Translations under genes and position numbers: made by a program
Shown here: positions 44,549 to 53,729 of the stretch, one piece after another
How the letters are laid out: each line of letters opens with the position of its first letter
How positions within the stretch are numbered: the first letter of the stretch is position 1
The notes under the pieces: model-generated
What the model was told of the DNA's origin: nothing
Database searches by the model: none
Seen by the model: only the letters and a program-made list of their open reading frames with translations
Sequence record: MK327947.1
Reading direction: 5' to 3' (one strand)
DNA: 64,000 nucleotides
Origin: Escherichia phage vB_EcoM_G5211

Positions 44549-45517
44549 TTACATCCCTAACAGAGCGTCAAGATCATCCAGATCAGAAGCGGAGGAAGTA
44601 CCGCCACCCAGATCCAGCGATGCCATCAGGTCATCAGCGGAAGAATCTAACGCCGTGCTAGCTGCGTTAATACCAACTACAGTGCTAGCTGCGTTAATAC
44701 CAGAATCGAATGCATTCATCTGTGCGTCAAAATCGTCAAGCTGGCTGTTAATCGCTGCCGCAGCACTGGAAGCCGCAGCACCAGCTACCATAGAAACGCC
44801 CATAGTTTTCTTAAATTTGGTTTCCAGTTCATCGAACGGTTTAAACTGGCTAGGCGCTACAATCTCACTCAGGTCAACCATGTTTTCCATCAGATATTTC
44901 TGATATGCTTCGTCTTCAATTTTCGGAAGCTGTGATTGCTGCATGAAACGAGAATCATCATAGTTCTGGTGTTTATCAACCTTCTTAGCTTTCAGGAGGA
45001 AGTTAGCACCGGAGAACACACAAGTTACATCTACCGGAACTTCGCCCATGTCGGTATTCACGTTCACCATTGCAACGATCTTATCATAAATTTTCTGACC
45101 GAAGCGGAATTTGAATACCTTACCTTCATTTTCTGGTGATTGAGGATCTTTCAGTACCAGAATATTTGCGTAGTAAGACGCTTTACGCTTAATCAGTTGC
45201 CATTCGGTTTTATCGGTATTGTACAGGTCTTTTTCGTTAATATATTTGCACACAGGGCAAGAATCAAAATCACCGTGGGTGCTGGAGCAGTTTTCCCAAT
45301 ACCATTTGCCATTAACTTTGAAGGAATGGTTTACCAGTTTCACAATCGGCAGACCGTCTTCTGTCTTAGACGGCAGGAAGCGAATCAGGGCTTCACCGTT
45401 ACCTGCTGCATCAGTCTTAATCTTCCACTCTTTTGGATCTTCTTTGGAGAAACCGTTGCCACCTTTCAGTGCGGCCAGTTGAGCTTGCAGTTTGGAAGAA
45501 TCTTGGCGTTTAAACAT
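44549..45517 (-). CDS. 32: single-stranded DNA-binding protein gp32
   Basis: From the internal ATG (MFKRQ..); ..[27 protein letters not shown].. parallels T4 gp32; acidic C-terminus. Confidence 0.9.
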   Translation of the reverse strand: MFKRQDSSKLQAQLAALKGGNGFSKEDPKEWKIKTDAAGNGEALIRFLPSKTEDGLPIVKLVNHSFKVNGKWYWENCSSTHGDFDSCPVCKYINEKDLYNTDKTEWQLIKRKASYYANILVLKDPQSPENEGKVFKFRFGQKIYDKIVAMVNVNTDMGEVPVDVTCVFSGANFLLKAKKVDKHQNYDDSRFMQQSQLPKIEDEAYQKYLMENMVDLSEIVAPSQFKPFDELETKFKKTMGVSMVAGAAASSAAAAINSQLDDFDAQMNAFDSGINAASTVVGINAASTALDSSADDLMASLDLGGGTSSASDLDDLDALLGM

Positions 45518-45553
45518 ATTCACTATTCCTTCTTTTGATTAATTTACTAGACT

Positions 45554-45581
45554 ATTATACAGATTTAAGTTTACTTGTCAA
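45554..45581 (-). promoter_or_regulatory. sigma70-type promoter TTGACA-16-TATAAT upstream of gene 32
   Basis: Perfect hexamers on the - strand; -35 overlaps the gene 59 stop; AU-rich leader precedes the gp32 start. Confidence 0.55.
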
Positions 45582-46258
45582 CTATTTGTTTCGGATTTTA
45601 ATTGAGATATTTCTTTACACTCTTTAACTACTTTAACAAATAATGCTCTTGCTTTTGCGGCGTCAATAACAAGTAGTTTCTTGTACGCCTTCATTTTAAC
45701 ACTATAAGTTTGCCAAATCAAGTCTTTGGCTACCTTGTCGTGTTCGTCGATTATATTTAGAAAGCTATCTAACAACATAAACGACTCAAACGATATAATC
45801 CGATTTTGCAGTAGTTTAAAGATACCGCTAGTTTCGGTTGCGGGATTGTATGTAATTAGCTCTTTAAGAGTAACCCCGCGTTTCTCGGAGAAGTATACCA
45901 GACTTTTAATGTCATCGTCAAATCTTGTTGCTGCATCGGTTATCTTTCCTATGTATTCCATATAAAAGCCGTATGCGTCAACATCAGTGATTTCACCTAC
46001 CCATGCATCGGTATTAGCTACCAGATTGCTTAGGAATAGGAAGTATAGTTCTCTTAGATTGTACTTTTCCGCTAATTTTGCGAAATAATACTTATCTCTG
46101 CGTTTATTGAATGCGGCATCAGACAACCGCATCCTCCAATTGTATTTTACGCAATCATAACGCCCGTTCATATGAGCTTTCATCATGCAATATAACATAT
46201 ACACAGATTTAGCATTAATTCGCATATCTGGATCTGGAGGAAGACGGTTTCTGATCAT
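45578..46258 (-). CDS. 59: helicase loader gp59
   Basis: 226 aa; ..GKSVYMLYCMMKAHMNGRYD.. parallels the T4 gp59 N-terminus. Confidence 0.85.
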   Translation of the reverse strand: MIRNRLPPDPDMRINAKSVYMLYCMMKAHMNGRYDCVKYNWRMRLSDAAFNKRRDKYYFAKLAEKYNLRELYFLFLSNLVANTDAWVGEITDVDAYGFYMEYIGKITDAATRFDDDIKSLVYFSEKRGVTLKELITYNPATETSGIFKLLQNRIISFESFMLLDSFLNIIDEHDKVAKDLIWQTYSVKMKAYKKLLVIDAAKARALFVKVVKECKEISQLKSETNS

Positions 46259-46267
46259 ACATACCCC

Positions 46268-46537
46268 TTAAATATCGAGAGTGTTGGTCGGTTCGTCGAT
46301 CACTCCCTTCCTGAGCGTTCTATTTACTATACATTCTTGTGTGATCTTGTCAATAATGGACACCGGAATATACTTCTGATAGTGACCATATTCGATAGAG
46401 TTTTCCTCTACAAACTGCGTTGTCGCTTCAAGATAAGTCAATCCCTCTTCAACAACCAGTTTTTCGATTGCAAGACCGTTTGCTGTTTTGTTCGCGGCTT
46501 TTACCGCATGTTCATTAAGCATTGAACACCCGATCAT
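46268..46537 (-). CDS. 33: late transcription co-activator gp33
   Basis: ..GLTYLEATTQFVEENSI.. parallels T4 gp33; the true start may be the ATG at 46522. Confidence 0.7.
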   Translation of the reverse strand: MIGCSMLNEHAVKAANKTANGLAIEKLVVEEGLTYLEATTQFVEENSIEYGHYQKYIPVSIIDKITQECIVNRTLRKGVIDEPTNTLDI

Positions 46538-46790
46538 AGAGTTCTACCGCTTCATCGCGTTCTGCTTCGAAGGTTTCGCGCTGTTGCTGGTGATACAGTT
46601 TAAACAGAATGCCCCACATTTTACCATCTACGCCTAATTCTTCTTTAGCACGCTGTTTGATCTCTTTGATCTTATCGCCATATGCTTCTTGAATGGTTTT
46701 CTGATCGCTGGCTTCTTTAATCAGTTGTGCCAGGGTATTTCCGTGTACATTTTCGTCAAATACTACTTTTTCTTTTTTCTGTTCAGTCAT
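46515..46790 (-). CDS. dsbA: small basic protein at the dsbA position
   Basis: 91 aa between gene 33 and rnh; called by position. Confidence 0.55.
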   Translation of the reverse strand: MTEQKKEKVVFDENVHGNTLAQLIKEASDQKTIQEAYGDKIKEIKQRAKEELGVDGKMWGILFKLYHQQQRETFEAERDEAVELYDRVFNA

Positions 46791-46794
46791 AATA

Positions 46795-47391
46795 TTAACC
46801 CTCTTTCGTCATTAATTGAAAACCACGTTCAGCTTTTGAAATTTCGCTAGGACTTAAATCGTCACCCACATATTCTAGCATCATTTCTCGGATAATGTCA
46901 AGTGCTTTTTCATCACCTGATTTTAACTCGAACTCAAGTTCATAGTGAGCATCTCCCATGACTTTGCCGACTTTGCAATAATAGAAAGTGTCTTTGCACA
47001 TTTCCACTATAGCACCCTCAAGGTCAAGTGTCAATGACTTGCGGTATGTCATTACTTGCAATAAAGGAACGATAAGGTCGGAGTTTACGCCTAGACTATC
47101 AACATAGTGATAGAAATCATCCATTGTTGAAAAAGTAATTTCTTCTCGGTTGAATAGTCCAGATTCACCATCACCTATTTTGACCATGATCAATGATCTA
47201 TTAACGTCAAGTCGAGCATAAATTCCTTTTCGACGCAGTGCATGATCTTCGGTATCATAATAAAATTCGTGTTTTAGAATGTTATCTCGGTCTACGAGAT
47301 TGTACCCGTCATACATTGCTACCCACAAATCACAGATGGTTTCGACGCCAATTTGTGAGTGTGCATAGTATTTTAATTCAAGTTCTTTCAT
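46795..47391 (-). CDS. CYTH-like (triphosphate tunnel metalloenzyme) domain protein
   Basis: N-terminal ELELK (ExExK) and later ELEFELK acidic motifs typical of CYTH/CyaB-ThTPase domains. Confidence 0.5.
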   Translation of the reverse strand: MKELELKYYAHSQIGVETICDLWVAMYDGYNLVDRDNILKHEFYYDTEDHALRRKGIYARLDVNRSLIMVKIGDGESGLFNREEITFSTMDDFYHYVDSLGVNSDLIVPLLQVMTYRKSLTLDLEGAIVEMCKDTFYYCKVGKVMGDAHYELEFELKSGDEKALDIIREMMLEYVGDDLSPSEISKAERGFQLMTKEG

Positions 47392-47401
47392 ATGTCAACC
47401 C

Positions 47402-48349
47402 TTAGAACTCACCAATTTTCTGCAACATTTTAACTAACGCATTTGTTACAAAATAGTTATAAATTTTACCGCGTGGTGCTGGTTTAGATTTTTCCCATGA
47501 CGCCAGAATCTGATTCTGAATATTGTCTGGGATGTAATCGAAATCAATAAGTTCGCGGTTTTCGTCAAAACGTCGTGCTTCTTCCTCTGTCATCAAAGAC
47601 TTTGGATCTTCGGCATCGAAAATTTGCTCTAACCATTTGGTTGCAATTGGTTTAGCTCGTTCCCCTTCCAGTCGAGAGATAATGAAATCACTACGACACT
47701 TGACAGAAGCCACACCGTCTTTTGCGTCACCCTTAACACATTTTACCATAAGGTCTTTGTAAGGGCTACCATATTTGCATTTCTTCCATGCTTTCTGTAC
47801 TGGCGCCCACTGTTTCACATTTTTGTATTTGTGTAACTGTGTGTAGTCACCATCGCCGGAGTTGATTAGCACCTGACGACCTTCTACAGAAAACTTTTTA
47901 GTTAACACAGCGATTATATCATCTGCCTCAACTTTGTCAACCTTAATAACGTGATAAGGCATGTTCTCTTTAAACTCTTCGGTGATCTTATTGATCGCAG
48001 CAAAGATCATCTCCCAATCACGCGGATCTGCGTCTCGTTTTTCCTTACGGTTGCGTTTATAGTAAGGGGCGATATCACGTCGCCAGTAACCTTTGCTTGA
48101 ATCGAATGCAAGTACCGTTATTGGGTATTGCTCTTTGAATTTTGTCATATTATAACGCATGGTGTCAAGAATAAGATGACGGATCATGCCTTCATTAATA
48201 GGATCTTCCGGTTTAAATGTATGAGAGATAGTAGCAATCATAAGCTGTGACATATCAATCAAATGCACACCTTCCGGTAGTTTATCTTCTGGATCATCGA
48301 AGAAATCATTAAGTGTAGCGGTAGTTTTTGTAAACGGGTTATACGTCAT
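47402..48349 (-). CDS. rnh: RNase H / 5'-3' flap exonuclease
   Basis: 315 aa with acidic metal-binding clusters (..VLAFDSS.., ..EADDII.., ..SGDGDY..), as in T4 RNase H. Confidence 0.85.
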   Translation of the reverse strand: MTYNPFTKTTATLNDFFDDPEDKLPEGVHLIDMSQLMIATISHTFKPEDPINEGMIRHLILDTMRYNMTKFKEQYPITVLAFDSSKGYWRRDIAPYYKRNRKEKRDADPRDWEMIFAAINKITEEFKENMPYHVIKVDKVEADDIIAVLTKKFSVEGRQVLINSGDGDYTQLHKYKNVKQWAPVQKAWKKCKYGSPYKDLMVKCVKGDAKDGVASVKCRSDFIISRLEGERAKPIATKWLEQIFDAEDPKSLMTEEEARRFDENRELIDFDYIPDNIQNQILASWEKSKPAPRGKIYNYFVTNALVKMLQKIGEF

Positions 48350-48351
48350 AA

Positions 48352-48537
48352 TTAAGTTCTCTCCACTCTCACAACAACATATTCGCCAAACGAGTTAGAT
48401 ACTTCACGATCATACCCGTATTTCTCCATAACTCGCAGAATTGCATTGTTTAATTCGGCACGGAAATAATTGTAATCCTTATCAGGGATTCTGTCAACTA
48501 CCCATTTTGCACCATCTGACAAATCAAATTTAACCAT
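48352..48537 (-). CDS. small hypothetical protein (61 aa)
   Basis: ATG-initiated ORF directly downstream of rnh. Confidence 0.5.
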   Translation of the reverse strand: MVKFDLSDGAKWVVDRIPDKDYNYFRAELNNAILRVMEKYGYDREVSNSFGEYVVVRVERT

Positions 48538-48575
48538 AATATATCATCCTCTTTTGTTTCTATCAAGCCTTATTT

Positions 48576-48583
48576 TATAAATA
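48576..48583 (+). promoter_or_regulatory. late promoter TATAAATA upstream of gene 34
   Basis: Exact octamer ~30 nt upstream of the gene 34 ATG. Confidence 0.55.
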
Positions 48584-48611
48584 TGAACATACTATAAAAG
48601 GAGACCCAATA

Positions 48612-51600
48612 ATGGCAGATTTTTCTCAACATTTCAAGGCCACATTTGGCTTTGACGCTGGTAATGAAAAGGTCGTCAATGTAGCATTGGCTGATAAGAA
48701 TGTCAACACCGATGCGGTCAACGTTGAATTTTTCAATTACCATAATGGTATTACTCAGTATGACGCAACTCGCGGTTATGATCAATACGGCACTACAATC
48801 TATCAAAACCGTCCGTATTATGCAAAAGAAGATATCACAAAACCAGCAGGTGATTTTGACCCGACTAAATGGCAAGCACTGCGCACGGACCCACGTTGGG
48901 ATTATGTTGCAGCAACTTCCGGCGATACTCCTTTAAAGTCCGGTGATTATATCGCAGCGGACTGTCAGTTTGCAAACTTGACATTCTCAATGCCTACAAA
49001 TCCGGTAGAGGGCGACAATATAACAGTAAAAGATATCGGTGGCAAGTGCGGTGTTAATGAGTTATCGTTCCTTTCGGTTGGTCATGAGTTCTATCATAAT
49101 GGTGTGGTAAACAACCGCAAATGGTACTGTACTACCCCTTATGCAATGAACTACTTCATTTTTGTTCGCAATCGCTGGCACGTTTACCAGACGGGAACGG
49201 AGCCACGCGGGGTATATGCACAACCATCTATCGACCCGATCCAGATGCAAAACGGTGATCAGGTATTCCGCCGTAGTTCTTTGGGTAACATTGTTTTGAT
49301 GCTTCCTAAGTTTGCTAATAACGGTGATATGATCCAGACTACCGATCTTGACGGATTGACTGCAACCAACCATGTTACGGTAAAAGTGCATGAAGGTGCG
49401 CAAGAACAATCGATCGGTACTTTCGGGGTAAAAGAAATTGTTGGTAAGCGTAGCGGTCATGGTGTATTCATATTTGACAAACCGGAAAACTTATGGCGTT
49501 TGTGGGATGGTGATCAGTCTGTTCGCTTGAATCCTATCATTAGTGATACTCGCTTGTCCCCCAATAGCTATGTTGCAGTATTTGGTGATCGTGATGTTAC
49601 CTTGACTTTACCGACCAGCGTCGAGCATGGTGATCGTATCCAAATTTCTATGCAGTATATGCACGGAAACCAGAATTGCCGAATCGTTACCGCAGAAGAG
49701 GATACAAAAATCCTTATGCAGAAAAACATGGTTCAGTTTCCTAAGCGTAGCGAGTACCCGTTCAATGGGACCGATACATGGAAGGAAGTGTCTGAATTGT
49801 CTTTCAACGCTGCAAATGATTATGTACCTTATCTGGAGTTCTCTTATTCAGAAGGTGATGATGGTAAGAAACACTGGTTGGTAGCACATGCTCACCCGAT
49901 CGTAGAACGAGTAGATCCGACTCGTAAAGAGCGTGTTGGTGTTATTGCGCTTGCAACACAGGACGAAACCAACAAAAACCATGAAGATAATCCTAGCGAC
50001 GAAGTTGCAGTAACGCCAAAAATGCTTGCCAATAAGACTGCAAACGAAACGCGTCGAGGTATTGCTAGAATCGCTACTCAAGAAGAAACGCACCAACATA
50101 CAGGGGCAAATTTTCTTGATGATGTGATCGTAACTCCTAAAAAACTAAATGCGTGTGTTGCTTCCGAAGAACATCGAGGCGTGTTGGAGATTGCAACTCA
50201 GGAAGAAACCAACGTAGGTTTAGACGATACACGCGCAATCACCCCTAAGAAATTAGAGGAACGTCGCGCGTCGGAAGACCTTGCTGGTATCGCTGAAATT
50301 GTTCAGATGGGTGGTAGTGCTGCCGCTCGACGTGGCGAAGCTGGTACAGGGGTCTATAACATCAATGACCATGCTAAAATCGTTACACCACAAAACATCA
50401 ACGAAGTTAAGGCGACCGAAACTTCCCGTGGTGTTGGTTATCTGGCAACTGACGCGGAAGTGCAAGGGGCTACAGAAGCAACCCCGCAAGATGCAATGCT
50501 GATCACTACTCGCACGTTAACCAAGCGTACTGCTACCGAATCGCGTACTGGTATCGCTGAAATTGCTACGCAGGAAGAAACTAACTTAGGCCAGAGTGAT
50601 AACCATATCATCACGCCTAAAAAGCTGCATACTCGCCGCGCAACTGAAACTTTACATGGTTTAGCAGAAATTGCAACTCAGCCGGAATTTGACGCAGGTC
50701 GTGACGATGCTCGCATTTCTACTCCATTGAAGATTAAAACCTTCTTTGAGAAAGCACAGCGTTTGAGAGTAGATCCGAATCAGGGGCTTAACCTTACGGG
50801 TGATTTATGGCAAGGTATCACGATCAGCGGTCTTGATGCAACCGAAGATACAAAAGGTGTCGCGAAAGTTGCTACTAGTCAGCTTACCGATGTGGGAGAA
50901 GATGACGCCACGATCATTACTCCTAAAAAGCTGCAAGGCAAAAAGGCCACCGAAGATAAAGAAGGTATTATCAGAGTTGGTACTCAAGCCGAAACCGTCG
51001 CTGGTGCACTGGACAATGTAGCAATTTCTCCGAAGAATTTCAAATATGTTGTCCAGACAGAGGATACATGGAAAGCAACCGAAGCGCGTCGTGGATTCTT
51101 GAAAGTTGCTACTCAGGAAAACTGTTTTGTTGGCGATAATCTGCAAGGTTCTACTCAAGAGCTTGATGAATATCAGCATGATGGGATTGCGGTAACTCCG
51201 AAAGGATTAAACTACGCACTTGCTAATTTCTTACCTAAAATGGCAACCGCTCAGAATAGTTTGAAATTGGGTAACGTAGAGGCCGCTAAATGGGCGCGCA
51301 GAGACATTGACCAGACCATTGAGAGCAATTACACGTTTAATAAAAACGTTAACGTGAAGGGCGATTTAGAGTGCTTAAAATCCGGTTCCTTTGAAACTCT
51401 GTTTGTGACTAAGAACTCGACTGACGATCCGAGTAATGGTCATCTGGTATTGGGTGAGCGTGGAGTTGACGGTCACACCGGAATTACTCTGCATGGCACA
51501 ACCTTGTCAGAAGGTATGGAAAACTCATGGTCTATTATCGTTGGTGGCACTGGAACGGCGCAAGCAGTTAATAGTGATGCTATCGCTTTCTGTAAGATTG

Positions 51601-52352
51601 ACGATTCTGGATCTGTTGAACATTATGCCTTTGCTATGGAACGTGACGGCGATGCGTTAGCATATAGAGACTTCATAGCAGGTCGTAACCTGTATGCGAA
51701 GCAAGGCGGTTTATATATTGTAGACCACTCCAATCCGGCAATGACTCGCTCTCCAGACGGTATGTTGAATATCGGTCACGGTGGAAGTGTTAACATCAAA
51801 GCAGGTTATCAGAATCTGACTACAGAGATCGCTGGGCAGAAATATCAGATCGTACACGCAGGAAACGCTGACGAAGTTCTTAACCGTCAGTTTGTTAAGA
51901 ATGCTGGCGATACAATGGTCGGTAAGCTGATTATGGATAATGCGCCTATTGTTTCTGTTAAGCATGAAGCTAGCGCGGCAACCGCTCCGGCAATCGGTAA
52001 CATCGGTTTCTGGAACATGCGAGTAACTACCCAAAACATCAAAGAAACCTATCCAGAGAAGAAAAACGGCACATTGATGCAATGGGGTACTGATGAAAAC
52101 GGCCTTACCCAAATCTGGTCACCTGATGGTACTCATAAGCATTATATCCGTTCCGGTACAGATGGTCAATGGACCGCATGGGGCGAAATTTACACCAAAC
52201 AGAACAAGCCTACCGCTCAGGAAATCGGGGCAGTGGTTGCCGAAGGTGGTTTGATGAACTCTATGACGGTTCGTGACTGGATCAAGGTTGGTAATGTTAA
52301 AATTATTGCCAATAATCTGACTCGTACCGTAGATTTTATCTGGGAAGACTAA
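48612..52352 (+). CDS. 34: long tail fibre proximal subunit gp34
   Basis: 1246 aa; N-terminus and the repeated ..GIAxIATQEET..ITPKKL.. units parallel T4 gp34. Confidence 0.9.
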   Translation: MADFSQHFKATFGFDAGNEKVVNVALADKNVNTDAVNVEFFNYHNGITQYDATRGYDQYGTTIYQNRPYYAKEDITKPAGDFDPTKWQALRTDPRWDYVAATSGDTPLKSGDYIAADCQFANLTFSMPTNPVEGDNITVKDIGGKCGVNELSFLSVGHEFYHNGVVNNRKWYCTTPYAMNYFIFVRNRWHVYQTGTEPRGVYAQPSIDPIQMQNGDQVFRRSSLGNIVLMLPKFANNGDMIQTTDLDGLTATNHVTVKVHEGAQEQSIGTFGVKEIVGKRSGHGVFIFDKPENLWRLWDGDQSVRLNPIISDTRLSPNSYVAVFGDRDVTLTLPTSVEHGDRIQISMQYMHGNQNCRIVTAEEDTKILMQKNMVQFPKRSEYPFNGTDTWKEVSELSFNAANDYVPYLEFSYSEGDDGKKHWLVAHAHPIVERVDPTRKERVGVIALATQDETNKNHEDNPSDEVAVTPKMLANKTANETRRGIARIATQEETHQHTGANFLDDVIVTPKKLNACVASEEHRGVLEIATQEETNVGLDDTRAITPKKLEERRASEDLAGIAEIVQMGGSAAARRGEAGTGVYNINDHAKIVTPQNINEVKATETSRGVGYLATDAEVQGATEATPQDAMLITTRTLTKRTATESRTGIAEIATQEETNLGQSDNHIITPKKLHTRRATETLHGLAEIATQPEFDAGRDDARISTPLKIKTFFEKAQRLRVDPNQGLNLTGDLWQGITISGLDATEDTKGVAKVATSQLTDVGEDDATIITPKKLQGKKATEDKEGIIRVGTQAETVAGALDNVAISPKNFKYVVQTEDTWKATEARRGFLKVATQENCFVGDNLQGSTQELDEYQHDGIAVTPKGLNYALANFLPKMATAQNSLKLGNVEAAKWARRDIDQTIESNYTFNKNVNVKGDLECLKSGSFETLFVTKNSTDDPSNGHLVLGERGVDGHTGITLHGTTLSEGMENSWSIIVGGTGTAQAVNSDAIAFCKIDDSGSVEHYAFAMERDGDALAYRDFIAGRNLYAKQGGLYIVDHSNPAMTRSPDGMLNIGHGGSVNIKAGYQNLTTEIAGQKYQIVHAGNADEVLNRQFVKNAGDTMVGKLIMDNAPIVSVKHEASAATAPAIGNIGFWNMRVTTQNIKETYPEKKNGTLMQWGTDENGLTQIWSPDGTHKHYIRSGTDGQWTAWGEIYTKQNKPTAQEIGAVVAEGGLMNSMTVRDWIKVGNVKIIANNLTRTVDFIWED

Positions 52353-52359
52353 TTAAAAG

Positions 52360-52377
52360 GGGGGCGAAAGCCCCCTA
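52360..52377 (-). terminator. antisense-oriented hairpin terminator between genes 34 and 35
   Basis: GGGGGC-uuuc-GCCCCCC followed by UUUUAAUU on the - strand; reverse complement of the element at 41553. Confidence 0.4.
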
Positions 52378-52387
52378 TGGGGTTATT

Positions 52388-53527
52388 ATGACACAAGAAA
52401 TAGAATTACGCAATACTGGAATTAAGTTTGCGCATTTCGACGAAGACTCCGCGACATTTACAAGCATTTCAGAAAACAACTCTGTGATGTATAAGCTGGA
52501 AGTGCGCGGATCTAATGCGGATTCTTCCAAACCAGCAAGGATTAGATTTAATGGAGTGGAGATCGTCGGGACTGGCTATGAGACTGGCCTAAACTTTAAA
52601 GTTTTTACTCCAACTGGACAATTGCACGAAGAAAAGGTATTCTATGGTCGTGGTGCTGTATTGGCAATGCGTGATTATCTTTATTTGCTGAAAGGCGACT
52701 ATATCATTGCGATGGCAACGCATGGAGAATTGTTTGCAGATCCGATAAGTGATGATATATTTTCTAAGCTGGGATCTGTATCATTCCCGAATCACATTTT
52801 GTTACAGCAAATGCCTCGTGTGTCATATGCTGCAATTTATTCTACTAAAATGGGTAAAATTGTGTGCGAAGGGATGCAAGCAACGCACGGAGAAGGTCAA
52901 GATTCGTCTATACAAATTGAGAAGGTTTATGATACTATAGATGATCTTGCGGTCACAGGAACACCACAACGATTTTTAGATTATCCGGTTGAGTATGTTA
53001 GCGAAGATGCCGAACATTTCGAGCTAATACAATGGCCTCATGATGAGATCAGCGCACCACTTGAATATTTTAACATAAAGGCAGGTGACAAACTATCAAT
53101 ATCCTTTGAATTGTTCCGTGATAGTGCCGCAGCCGCAGCCAACGTAACAGCGCGTTTCTATCACAACTACTTCACTGATGGACAATATCAAACTGGCGTT
53201 CGTTATAATGCCAGCCAGAAAGATCAATGGGAAAAGTTTGAAGCCGTCTATACCGTACCGGAAGGAGTTGATAGTGTAGTAACTGGTTGTATCAGATATC
53301 CAACCAACTCCAATGAAGGTGTTGTTAAGGTTAGAAACATACTAATAACGCCGATCAGTGGAGTCGTCAAAACTACTGGTCCTACTTCATTTGGTGTTAA
53401 TGGTGTTAGAACAACTCATATTCAGGATAACGGTGATTTTACTAACCCTGTAATGAGTCTTCTTAAACTGCCTAGAGATAATAAACACATCACATCCAAC
53501 AACTTTAAAGAGTTCGATGTTGATTAA
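52388..53527 (+). CDS. 35: long tail fibre hinge connector gp35
   Basis: 379 aa at the T4 gene 35 position. Confidence 0.85.
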   Translation: MTQEIELRNTGIKFAHFDEDSATFTSISENNSVMYKLEVRGSNADSSKPARIRFNGVEIVGTGYETGLNFKVFTPTGQLHEEKVFYGRGAVLAMRDYLYLLKGDYIIAMATHGELFADPISDDIFSKLGSVSFPNHILLQQMPRVSYAAIYSTKMGKIVCEGMQATHGEGQDSSIQIEKVYDTIDDLAVTGTPQRFLDYPVEYVSEDAEHFELIQWPHDEISAPLEYFNIKAGDKLSISFELFRDSAAAAANVTARFYHNYFTDGQYQTGVRYNASQKDQWEKFEAVYTVPEGVDSVVTGCIRYPTNSNEGVVKVRNILITPISGVVKTTGPTSFGVNGVRTTHIQDNGDFTNPVMSLLKLPRDNKHITSNNFKEFDVD

Positions 53528-53538
53528 CATTTTTAACA

Positions 53539-53570
53539 AGCCGATCCATGTGGTCGGCTTTATTTTTATA
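53539..53570 (+). terminator. intrinsic terminator after gene 35
   Basis: AGCCGA-uccaugugg-UCGGCU followed by a U-rich run. Confidence 0.6.
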
Positions 53571-53688
53571 CAGTTGGTTAAAACATAACCAAAACGAAGA
53601 AAGATCTTTAGAATAATAGAAAATTTGTTTCGGCTAAAAAATAGTCAGTGCCTACGGCACGTCGCGAAGCGATATTTTGTTAACATTC

Positions 53689-53696
53689 TATAAATA
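53689..53696 (+). promoter_or_regulatory. late promoter TATAAATA upstream of gene 36
   Basis: Exact octamer ~35 nt upstream of the gene 36 ATG. Confidence 0.55.
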
Positions 53697-53729
53697 CTCG
53701 GAACTATAACTAATTTTTGAGGTTACTTT

